A stretch of DNA of 64,000 nt from Chrysomallon squamiferum. Taxonomy: Eukaryota > Animalia > Mollusca. The notes beneath the pieces were generated by a model. It had not been told where the DNA came from and made no database searches. It saw nothing but the letters and a program-made list of their open reading frames with translations. The DNA is taken from assembly GCA_012295275.1 (NCBI GenBank), contig CM022676.1, positions 2,480,001 through 2,544,000 of the forward strand. Reading direction: 5' to 3'. This document shows, piece after piece, positions 52,369 through 64,000 of this stretch (its first letter is position 1; the number at the start of each line of letters is the position of its first letter). Position numbers and translations under genes: made by a program.

Positions 52369-53574
52369 ACTCACCAATTCTTCGATCATTTTAAAAGTTT
52401 TAAAGTGGTTCTTTATTGTTTGCTTATTAATTTACTCTATCCTGTCTACTTTGCTTATTGTTGTTATAATTAAAAAATCAGTAAATAAAATAATGTTTTG
52501 TGTCATTTGATAGAATCGTTTTTATAATATCAGTATTTATTATTTCATTTTGTATTTATTAATATTCTGAAATTTATTTGTTTTTAAATTTTCTGGCAAT
52601 TTTTAATTGATTGAATTTTGTTTCTTTTACAATTTTATAATCATTCAGTACCAGAGGTTTTCATCTTTGCGTGTGTGTGTGGGTTTGTCTGTCTGTCTGT
52701 ATATATATTAACAAAGCAGAGAAAAAATGATATCGATTAGAGTTAGGTCCCTTACGTGAGATGTATTCACTAAGCGAAGTAAAAATTATGTCGATTAGAA
52801 TTATCTCCCTTTAGTGATATGTGTTCAGAAACAAATATTAGAGTGAGGTCCAATAGGTGAGATGTACTCACTAAGCCTTCGACCGGTTTAAACTTTCAAA
52901 GTCGTTTTTGATTTGTTTACTTACTTATTTCCTATATATCCTGTCTACTTTGCTTATTGCTGTTATAATTAAAAAATCAGTAAATAAAATAATTTTTTGT
53001 GTCATTTGATGGAATCGTTTTTATAATATCAGTATTTATTATTTCATTTTGTATTTGTTAGTATTCTGAAATTTATTTGTTTTTAAATTTTCTTGCAATT
53101 TTTAATTAATTGAATTTTGATTCTTTTACAATTGTATATGCATTCAGTACCAGAGGTTTTTCTATGTGTAAGTGTGTGTGTGTGTGTGTGTCTGTCTGTC
53201 TGTCTGTATACATATATAAACTAACCAAAGAAAAAATAATATCGATTAGAGTGAGGTCCCTTGGGTGAGATGTACTCACTAATTCTTCGATCATTTTAAA
53301 GTTTTAAAGTGGTTCTTTATTGTTTCCTTATTTATTTACTCTATCCTGTCTACTTTGCTTATTGTTGTTATAATTAAAAAATCAGTAAATAAAATAATGT
53401 TTTGTGTCATTTGATAGAATCGTTTTTATAATATCAGTATTTATTATTTCATTTTGTATTTATTAATATTCTGAAATTTATTTCTTTTTAAATTTTCTGG
53501 CAATTTTTAATTGATTGAATTTTGATTCTTTTACAATTGTAAATGCATTCAGTACCACAGGTTTTTATAGGTGT

Positions 53575-53617
<43 letters not shown>

Positions 53618-54950
53618 TGTGTCTGTCTGTCTGTCTGTATATATATATATATAAAACTAAGCAAAGAAAAAATAATATCGATTAGAGTGAGGTCCCTTGG
53701 GTGAGATGTACTCACTAATTCTTCGATCATTTTAAGATTTTAAAGTGGTTCTTTATTGTTTCCTTATTTATTTACTCTATTCTGTCTACTTTGCTTATTG
53801 TTGTTATAATTAAAAAATCAGTAAATAAAATAATTTTTTGTGTCATTTGATGGAATCGTTTTTATAATATCAGTATTTATTATTCCATTTTGTATTTATT
53901 AATATTCTGAAATTTATTTGTATTTAAATTTTCTCGCAATTTTTAATTAATTGAATTTTGATTCTTTTACAATTGTATATGCATTCAGTACCAAAGGTTT
54001 TTCTATGTGTAAGTGTGTGTGTGTGTGTGTGTGTGTCTGTCTGTCTGTCTGTCTGTCTATATATATATAAAACTAAGCAAAGAAAAAATAATATCGATTA
54101 GAGTGATGTCCCTTGGGTGAGATGTACTCACTAATTCTTCGATCATTTTAAAGTTTTAAAGTGGTTCTTTATTGTTTGCTTATTTATTTACTCTATCCTG
54201 TCTACTTTGCTTATTGTTGTTATAATTAAAAAATCAGTAAATAAAATAATGTTTTGTGTCATTTGATAGAATCGTTTTTATAATATCAGTATTTATTATT
54301 TCATTTTGTATTTATTAATATTCTGAAATTTATTTGTTTTTAAATTTTCTGGCAATTTTTAATTGATTGAATTTTGTTTCTTTTACAATTTTATAATCAT
54401 TCAGTACCAGAGGTTTTCATCTTTGTGTGTGTGTGTGTGTGTGTGTGTCTGTCTGTCTGTCTGTATATATATATAAACAAAGCAGAGAAAAAATGATATC
54501 GATTAGAGTTAGGTCCCTTACGTGAGATGTATTCACTAAGCGAAGTAAAAATTATGTCGATTAGAATTATCTCCCTTTAGTGATATGTGTTCAGAAACAA
54601 ATATTAGAGTGAGGTCCAATAGGTGAGATGTACTCACTAAGCCTTCGACCGGTTTAAACTTTCAAAGTCGTTTTTAATTTGTTTACTTATTTATTTCCTA
54701 TATATCCTGTCTACTTTGCTTATTGCTGTTATAATTAAAAAATCAGTAAATAAAATAATTTTTTGTGTCATTTGATGGAATCGTTTTTATAATATCAGTA
54801 TTTATTATTTCATTTTGTATTTATTAGTATTCTGAAATTTATTTGTTTTTAAATTTTCTTGCAATTTTTAATTAATTGAATTTTGATTCTTTTACAATTG
54901 TATATGCATTCAGTACCAAAGGTTTTTCTATGTGTGTGTGTGTGTGTGTG

Positions 54951-54981
<31 letters not shown>

Positions 54982-56261
54982 ATATATATATAAACTAAGC
55001 AAAGAAAAAATAATATCGATTAGAGTGATGTCCCTTGGGTGAGATGTACTCACTAATTCTTCGATCATTTTAAAGTTTTAAAGTGGTTCTTTATTGTTTG
55101 CTTATTAATTTACTCTATCCTGTCTACTTTGCTTATTGTTGTTATAATTAAAAAATCAGTAAATAAAATAATGTTTTGTGTCATTTGATAGAATCGTTTT
55201 TATAATATCAGTATTTATTATTTCATTTTGTATTTATTAATATTCTGAAATTTATTTGTTTTTAAATTTTCTGGCAATTTTTAATTGATTGAATTTTGTT
55301 TCTTTTACAATTTTATAATCATTCAGTACCAGAGGTTTTCATCTTTGCGTGTGTGTGTGGGTTTGTCTGTCTGTCTGTATATATATTAACAAAGCAGAGA
55401 AAAAATGATATCGATTAGAGTTAGGTCCCTTACGTGAGATGTATTCACTAAGCGAAGTAAAAATTATGTCGATTAGAATTATCTCCCTTTAGTGATATGT
55501 GTTCAGAAACAAATATTAGAGTGAGGTCCAATAGGTGAGATGTACTCACTAAGCCTTCGACCGGTTTAAACTTTCAAAGTCGTTTTTGATTTGTTTACTT
55601 ACTTATTTCCTATATATCCTGTCTACTTTGCTTATTGCTGTTATAATTAAAAAATCAGTAAATAAAATAATTTTTTGTGTCATTTGATGGAATCGTTTTT
55701 ATAATATCAGTATTTATTATTTCATTTTGTATTTGTTAGTATTCTGAAATTTATTTGTTTTTAAATTTTCTTGCAATTTTTAATTAATTGAATTTTGATT
55801 CTTTTACAATTGTATATGCATTCAGTACCAGAGGTTTTTCTATGTGTAAGTGTGTGTGTGTGTGTGTGTGTCTGTCTGTCTGTCTGTCTGTATATATATA
55901 TATAAAACTAAGCAAAGAAAAAATAATATCGATTAGAGTGAGGTCCCTTGGGTGAGATGTACTCACTAATTCTTCGATCATTTTAAAGTTTTAAAGTGGT
56001 TCTTTATTGTTTCCTTATTTATTTACTCTATCCTGTCTACTTTGCTTATTGTTGTTATAATTAAAAAATCAGTAAATAAAATAATGTTTTGTGTCATTTG
56101 ATAGAATCGTTTTTATAATATCAGTATTTATTATTTCATTTTGTATTTATTAATATTCTGAAATTTATTTCTTTTTAAATTTTCTGGCAATTTTTAATTA
56201 ATTGAATTTTGATTCTTTTACAATTGTATATGCATTCAGTACCACAGGTTTTTATATGTGT

Positions 56262-56314
<53 letters not shown>

Positions 56315-56732
56315 TGTCTGTCTGTCTGTCTGTATATATATATATATATAAAACTAAGCAAAGAAAAAATAATATCGATTAGAGTGAGGTCCCTTGGGTG
56401 AGATGTACTCACTAATTCTTCGATCATTTTAAAATTTTAAAGTGGTTCTTTATTGTTTCCTTATTTATTTTTAAAGTGGTTCTTTATTGTTTCCTTATTT
56501 ATTTACTCTATTCTGTCTACTTTGCTTATTGTTGTTATAATTAAAAAATCAGTAAATAAAATAATTTTTTGTGTCATTTGATGGAATCGTTTTTATAATA
56601 TCAGTATTTATTATTCCATTTTGTATTTATTAATATTCTGAAATTTATTTGTATTTAAATTTTCTCGCAATTTTTAATTAATTGAATTTTGATTCTTTTA
56701 CAATTGTATATGCATTCAGTACCAAAGGTTTT

Positions 56733-56770
<38 letters not shown>

Positions 56771-58575
56771 TGTCTGTCTGTCTGTCTGTCTGTATATATA
56801 TATAAACTAAGCAAAGAAAAAATAATATCGATTAGAGTGATGTCCCTTGGGTGAGATGTACTCACTAATTCTTCGATCATTTTAAAGTTTTAAAGTGGTT
56901 CTTTATTGTTTGCTTATTAATTTACTCTATCCTGTCTACTTTGCTTATTGTTGTTATAATTAAAAAATCAGTAAATAAAATAATGTTTTGTGTCATTTGA
57001 TAGAATCGTTTTTATAATATCAGTATTTATTATTTCATTTTGTATTTATTAATATTCTGAAATTTATTTGTTTTTAAATTTTCTGGCAATTTTTAATTGA
57101 TTGAATTTTGTTTCTTTTACAATTTTATAATCATTCAGTACCAGAGGTTTTTCATCTTTGTGTGTGTGTGTGTGTGTTTTGTCTGTCTGTCTGTATATAT
57201 ATATAACAAAGCAGAGAAAAAAAAAAATATCGATTAGAGTTAGGTCCCTTACGTGAGATGTATTCACTAAGCGAAGTAAAAAAAATTGTCGATTAGAATT
57301 ATCTCCCTTTAGTGATATGTGTTCAGAAACAAATATTAGAGTGAGGTCCAATAGGTGAGATGTACTCACTAAGCCTTCGACCGGTTTAAACTTTCAAAGT
57401 CGTTTTTGATTTGTTTACTTACTTATTTCCTATATATCCTGTCTACTTTGCTTATTGCTGTTATAATTAAAAAATCAGTAAATAAAATAATTTTTTGTGT
57501 CATTTGATGGAATCGTTTTTATAATATCAGTATTTATTATTTCATTTTGTATTTGTTAGTATTCTGAAATTTATTTGTTTTTAAATTTTCTTGCAATTTT
57601 TAATTAATTGAATTTTGATTCTTTTACAATTGTATATGCATTCAGTACCAGAGGTTTTTCTATGTGTAAGTGTGTGTGTGTGTGTGTGTGTGTCTGTCTG
57701 TCTGTCTGTCTATATATATAAACTAACCAAAGAAAAAATAATATCGATTAGAGTGATGTCCCTTGGGTGAGATGTACTCACTAATTCTTCGATCATTTTA
57801 AAGTTTTAAAGTGGTTCTTTATTGTTTCCTTATTTATTTACTCTATCCTGTCTACTTTGCTTATTGTTGTTATAATTAAAAAATCAGTAAATAAAATAAT
57901 GTTTTGTGTCATTTGATAGAATCGTTTTTATAATATCAGTATTTATTATTTCATTTTGTATTTATTAATATTCTGAAATTTATTTGTTTTTAAATTTTCT
58001 GGCAATTTTTAATTGATTGAATTTTGTTTCTTTTACAATTTTATAATCATTCAGTACCAGAGGTTTTTATCTGTGTGTGTGTGTGTGTGTGGGTGTGTCT
58101 CTCTGTCTGTATATATATATATAAACAAAGCAGAGAAAAAATGGTATCGATTAGAGTTAGGTCCCTTACGTGAGATGTATTCACTAAGCGAAGAAAAAAA
58201 TTATGTCGATTAGAATTATCTCCCTTTAGTGATATGTGTTCAGAAACAAATATTAGAGTGAGGTCCAATAGGTGAGATGTACTCACTAAGCCTTCGACCG
58301 GTTTAAACTTTCAAAGTCGTTTTTGATTTGTTTACTTACTTATTTCCTATATATCCTGTCTACTTTGCTTATTGCTGTTATAATTAAAAAATCAGTAAAT
58401 AAAATAATTTTTTGTGTCATTTGATGGAATCGTTTTTATAATATCAGTATTTATTATTTCATTTTGTATTTATTAATATTCTGAAATTTATTTGTTTTTA
58501 AATTTTCTGGCAATTTTTAATTAATTGAATTTTGATTCTTTTACAATTGTATATGCATTCAGTACCAGAGGTTTT

Positions 58576-58608
<33 letters not shown>

Positions 58609-58613
58609 CTGTG

Positions 58614-58644
<31 letters not shown>

Positions 58645-59001
58645 ATATATATAAACTAAGCAAAGAAAAAATAATATCGATTAGAGTGAGGTCCCTTGGG
58701 TGAGATGTACTCACTAATTCTTCGATCATTTTAAAGTTTTAAAGTGGTTCTTTATTGTTTCCTTATTTATTTACTCTATCCTGTCTACTTTGCTTATTGT
58801 TGTTATAATTAAAAAAAAATCAGTAAATAAAATAATTTTTGTGTCATTTGATAGAATCGTTTTATAATATCAGTATTTATTATTTCATTTTGTATTTATT
58901 AATATTCTGAAATTTATTTCTTTTTAAATTTTCTGGCAATTTTTAATTAATTGAATTTTGATTCTTTTACAATTGTATATGCATTCAGTACCACAGGTTT
59001 T

Positions 59002-59049
<48 letters not shown>

Positions 59050-59435
59050 TGTCTGTCTGTCTGTCTGTATATATATATAAACTAAGCAAAGAAAAAATAA
59101 TATCGATTAGAGTGAGGTCCCTTGGGTGAGATGTACTCACTAATTCTTCGATCATTTTAAAGTTTTAAAGTGGTTCTTTATTGTTTCCTTATTTATTTAC
59201 TCTATCCTGTCTACTTTGCTTATTGTTGTTATAATTAAAAAATCAGTAAATAAAATAATTTTTTGTGTCATTTGATAGAATCGTTTTTATAATATCAGTA
59301 TTTATTATTTCATTTTGTATTTATTAATATTCTGAAATTTATTTCTTTTTAAATTTTCTGGCAATTTTTAATTAATTGAATTTTGATTCTTTTACAATTG
59401 TATATGCATTCAGTACCACAGGTTTTTATATGTGT

Positions 59436-59476
<41 letters not shown>

Positions 59477-60385
59477 TGTCTGTCTGTCTGTCTATATATA
59501 TATATAAACTAAGCAAAGAAAAAATAATATCGATTAGAGTGAGGTCCCTTGGGTGAGATGTACTCACTAATTTTTCGATCATTTTAAAGTTTTAAAGTGG
59601 TTCTTTATTGTTTGCTTATTTATTTACTCTATCCTGTCTACTTTGCTTATTGTTGTTATAATTAAAAAATCAGTAAATAAAATAATTTTTTGTGTCATTT
59701 GATAGAATCGTTTTTATAATATCAGTATTTATTATTTCATTTTGTATTTATTAATATTCTGAAATTTATTTGTTTTTAAATTTTCTGGCAATTTTAAATC
59801 GATTGAATTTTGTTTCTTTTACAATTTTATAATCATTCAGTACCAGAGGTTTTTATCTGTGTGTGTGTGTGTGTGTGTGTGTGTCTGTCTGTCTGTATAT
59901 ATATAAAAAAGCAGAGAAAAAATGGTATCGATTAGAGTTAGGTCCCTTACGTGAGATGTATTCACTAAGCGAAGTAAAAATTATGTCGATTAGACTTATC
60001 TCCCTTTAGTGATATGTGTTCAGAAACATATATTAGAGTGAGGTCCAATAGGTGAGATGTACTCACTAAGCCTTCGACCGGTTTAAACTTTCAAAGTCGT
60101 TTATAATTTGTTTACTTATTTATTTCTTATATATCCTGTCTAGTTTGCTTATTGCTGTTATAATTAAAAAATCAGTAAATAAAATAATTTTTTGTGTCAT
60201 TTGATGGAATCGTTTTTATAATATCAGTATTTATTATTCCATTTTGTATTTATTAATATTCTGAAATTTATTTGTATTTAAATTTTCTCGCAATTTTTAA
60301 TTAATTGAATTTTGATTCTTTTACAATTGTATATGCATTCAGTACCAAAGGTTTTTCTATGTGTAAGTGTGTGTGTGTGTGTGTT

Positions 60386-60418
<33 letters not shown>

Positions 60419-61692
60419 ATATATAAACTAAGCAAAGAAAAAATAATATCGATTAGAGTGATGTCCCTTGGGTGAGATGTACTCACTAATTCTTCGATCA
60501 TTTTAAAGTTTTAAAGTGGTTCTTTATTGTTTGCTTATTAATTTACTCTATCCTGTCTACTTTGCTTATTGTTGTTATAATTAAAAAATCAGTAAATAAA
60601 ATAATGTTTTGTGTCATTTGATAGAATCGTTTTTATAATATCAGTATTTATTATTTCATTTTGTATTTATTAATATTCTGAAATTTATTTGTTTTTAAAT
60701 TTTCTGGCAATTTTTAATTGATTGAATTTTGTTTCTTTTACAATTTTATAATCATTCAGTACCAGAGGTTTTCATCTTTGCGTGTGTGTGTGGGTTTGTC
60801 TGTCTGTCTGTATATATATTAACAAAGCAGAGAAAAAATGATATCGATTAGAGTTAGGTCCCTTACGTGAGATGTATTCACTAAGCGAAGTAAAAATTAT
60901 GTCGATTAGAATTATCTCCCTTTAGTGATATGTGTTCAGAAACAAATATTAGAGTGAGGTCCAATAGGTGAGATGTACTCACTAAGCCTTCGACCGGTTT
61001 AAACTTTCAAAGTCGTTTTTTTGATTTTTTTACTTATTTATTTCCTATATATCCTGTCTACTTTGCTTATTGCTGTTATAATTAAAAAATCAGTAAATAA
61101 AATAATTTTTTGTGTCATTTGATGGAATCGTTTTTATAATATCAGTATTTATTATTTCATTTTGTATTTGTTAGTATTCTGAAATTTATTTGTTTTTAAA
61201 TTTTCTTGCAATTTTTAATTAATTGAATTTTGATTCTTTTACAATTGTATATGCATTCAGTACCAGAGGTTTTTCTATGTGTAAGTGTGTGTGTGTGTGT
61301 GTGTGTCTGTCTGTCTGTCTGTCTGTCTGTATATATATATAAACTAAGCAAAGAAAAAATAATATCGATTAGAGTGAGGTCCCTTGGGTGAGATGTACTC
61401 ACTAATTCTTCGATCATTTTAAAGTTTTAAAGTGGTTCTTTATTGTTTCCTTATTTATTTCTATCCTGTCTACTTTGCTTATTGTTGTTATAATTAAAAA
61501 TCAAAAATAAAATAATTTTTTGTGTCATTTGATAGAATCGTTTTTATAATATCAGTATTTATTATTTCATTTTGTATTTATTAATATTCTGAAATTTATT
61601 TCTTTTTAAATTTTCTGGCAATTTTTAATTGATTGAATTTTGATTCTTTTACAATTGTATATGCATTCAGTACCACAGGTTTTTATATGTGT

Positions 61693-61731
<39 letters not shown>

Positions 61732-63514
61732 TGTCTGTCTGTCTGTCTGTATATATATATATATATAAACTAAGCAAAGAAAAAATAATATCGATTAGAG
61801 TGAGGTCCCTTGGGTGAGATGTACTCACTAATTCTTCGATCATTTTAAAATTTTAAAGTGGTTCTTTATTGTTTCCTTATTTATTTACTCTATTCTGTCT
61901 ACTTTGCTTATTGTTGTTATAATTAAAAAATCAGTAAATAAAATAATTTTTTGTGTCATTTGATGGAATCGTTTTTATAATATCAGTATTTATTATTCCA
62001 TTTTGTATTTATTAATATTCTGAAATTTATTTGTTTTTAAATTTTCTCTCGCAATTTTTAATTAATTGAATTTTGATTCTTTTACAATTGTATATGCATT
62101 CAGTACCAAAGGTTTTTCTATGTGTAAGTGTGTGTGTGTGTGTGTGTGTGTGTCTGTCTGTCTGTCTGTCTGTATGTATATATATATATATAAACTAAGC
62201 AAAGAAAAAATAATATCGATTAGAGTGATGTCCCTTGGGTGAGATGTACTCACTAATTCTTCGATCATTTTAAAGTTTTAAAGTGGTTCTTTATTGTTTG
62301 CTTATTAATTTACTCTATCCTGTCTACTTTGCTTATTGTTGTTATAATTAAAAAAAATTGCTTATTGTTGTAAATAAAATAAATAAAATAATGTTTTGTG
62401 TCATTTGATAGAATCGTTTTTATAATATCAGTATTTATTATTTCATTTTGTATTTATTAATATTCTGAAATTTATTTGTTTTTAAATTTTCTGGCAATTT
62501 TTAATTGATTGAATTTTGTTTCTTTTACAATTTTATAATCATTCAGTACCAGAGGTTTTCATCTTTGCGTGTGTGTGTGGGTTTGTCTGTCTGTCTGTAT
62601 ATATATTAACAAAGCAGAGAAAAAATGATATCGATTAGAGTTAGGTCCCTTACGTGAGATGTATTCACTAAGCGAAGTAAAAATTATGTCGATTAGAATT
62701 ATCTCCCTTTAGTGATATGTGTTCAGAAACAAATATTAGAGTGAGGTCCAATAGGTGAGATGTACTCACTAAGCCTTCGACCGGTTTAAACTTTCAAAGT
62801 CGTTTTTGATTGTTTACTTACTTATTTCCTATATATCCTGTCTACTTTGCTTATTGCTGTTATAATTAAAAAATCAGTAAATAAAATAATTTTTTGTGTC
62901 ATTTGATGGAATCGTTTTTATAATATCAGTATTTATTATTTCATTTTGTATTTGTTAGTATTCTGAAATTTATTTGTTTTTAAATTTTCTTGCAATTTTT
63001 AATTAATTGAATTTTGATTCTTTTACAATTGTATATGCATTCAGTACCAGAGGTTTTTCTATGTGTAAGTGTGTGTGTGTGTGTGTGTGTGTGTCTGTCT
63101 GTCTGTCTGTATATATATATATATAAACTAACCAAAGAAAAAATAATATCGATTAGAGTGAGGTCCCTTGGGTGAGATGTACTCACTAATTCTTCGATCA
63201 TTTTAAAGTTTTAAAGTGGTTCTTTATTGTTTCCTTATTTATTTACTCTATCCTGTCTACTTTGCTTATTGTTGTTATAATTAAAAAATCAGTAAATAAA
63301 ATAATGTTTTGTGTCATTTGATAGAATCGTTTTATAATATCAGTATTTATTATTTCATTTTGTATTTATTAATATTCTGAAATTTATTTCTTTTTAAATT
63401 TTCTGGCAATTTTTAATTGATTGAATTTTGATTCTTTTACAATTTTATAATTTTGCATTCAGTATATGCATTCAGTACCACAGGTTTTTATATGTGTAAG
63501 GTTTTTATATGTGT

Positions 63515-63584
<70 letters not shown>

Positions 63585-64000
63585 ATATATATATAAACTA
63601 AGCAAAGAAAAAATAATATCGATTAGAGTGAGGTCCCTTGGGTGAGATGTACTCACTAATTCTTCGATCATTTTAAAGTTTTAAAGTGGTTCTTTATTGT
63701 TTTCTTATTTATTTACTTATATATTTCTCTATCCTGTCTACTTTGCTTATTGTTGTTATAATTAAAAAAAAAAGTAAATAAAATAATTTTTTGTGTCATT
63801 TGATGGAATCGTTTTATAATATCAGTATTTATTATTTCCATTTTGTATTTATTAATATTCTGAAATTTATTTGTTTTTAAATTTTCTCGCAATTTTTAAT
63901 TAATTGAATTTTGATTCTTTTACAATTGTATATGCATTCAGTACCAAAGGTTTTTCTATGTGTAAGTGTGTGTGTGTGTGTGTGTGTCTGTCTGTCTGTC
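52369..64000. repeat. Homogeneous satellite array of ~420-bp (A) and ~500-bp (B) monomers, each with an internal (TG)n(TCTG)n(TA)n tract
   Basis: About 25 monomers ending tactcactaattcttcgatc (A) or tactcactaagccttcgacc (B); runs off the window end. Confidence 0.97.

Noticed and set aside
52165-63671. Repeated ORFs MIEELVSTSHPRDLTLIDIIFSLL... and MSTSHLLDLTLIFV...
   Set aside because: They are translations of satellite monomers; the frame changes with microsatellite length and no domain is recognisable
52369-64000. Regular repeats as a CRISPR-like array
   Set aside because: Eukaryotic context, monomers over 400 bp, no unique spacers and no cas genes

Overview
AT-rich, microsatellite-rich, intron-containing animal DNA. 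A lophotrochozoan, probably a mollusc, is inferred from the style of the Ig domains; the 200-N gap marks a scaffold join. Bases 1-46.3 kb hold a heavily duplicated and scrambled cluster of immunoglobulin-superfamily single-pass receptor genes and pseudogenes, reconstructed by hand from GT-AG sites and exon phases. (i) A + strand receptor 3' end: C2-like Ig, TM and a tail ending in ESV. (ii) A minus-strand family built from leader, V-like Ig, C2-like Ig, CxC-stalk/TM and alternative cytoplasmic exons, including two copies of an ITIM (LVYSRL) exon, a YEEL tail and a tailless form. (iii) A frameshifted Ig4-FN3-TM gene whose two intact tandem tail exons each encode a canonical ITAM starting DHTYEGL, one also carrying an ITSM. 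(iv) A run of small Cys/TM exons at 33-39 kb. Together these resemble an invertebrate paired activating/inhibitory immune-receptor complex undergoing birth and death. From 46.3 kb the window is satellite DNA: a degenerate TACT-based array, a gap, then ~420/~500-bp monomers arranged in a ~2.7-kb higher-order repeat. All gene models are manual and lack transcript support.
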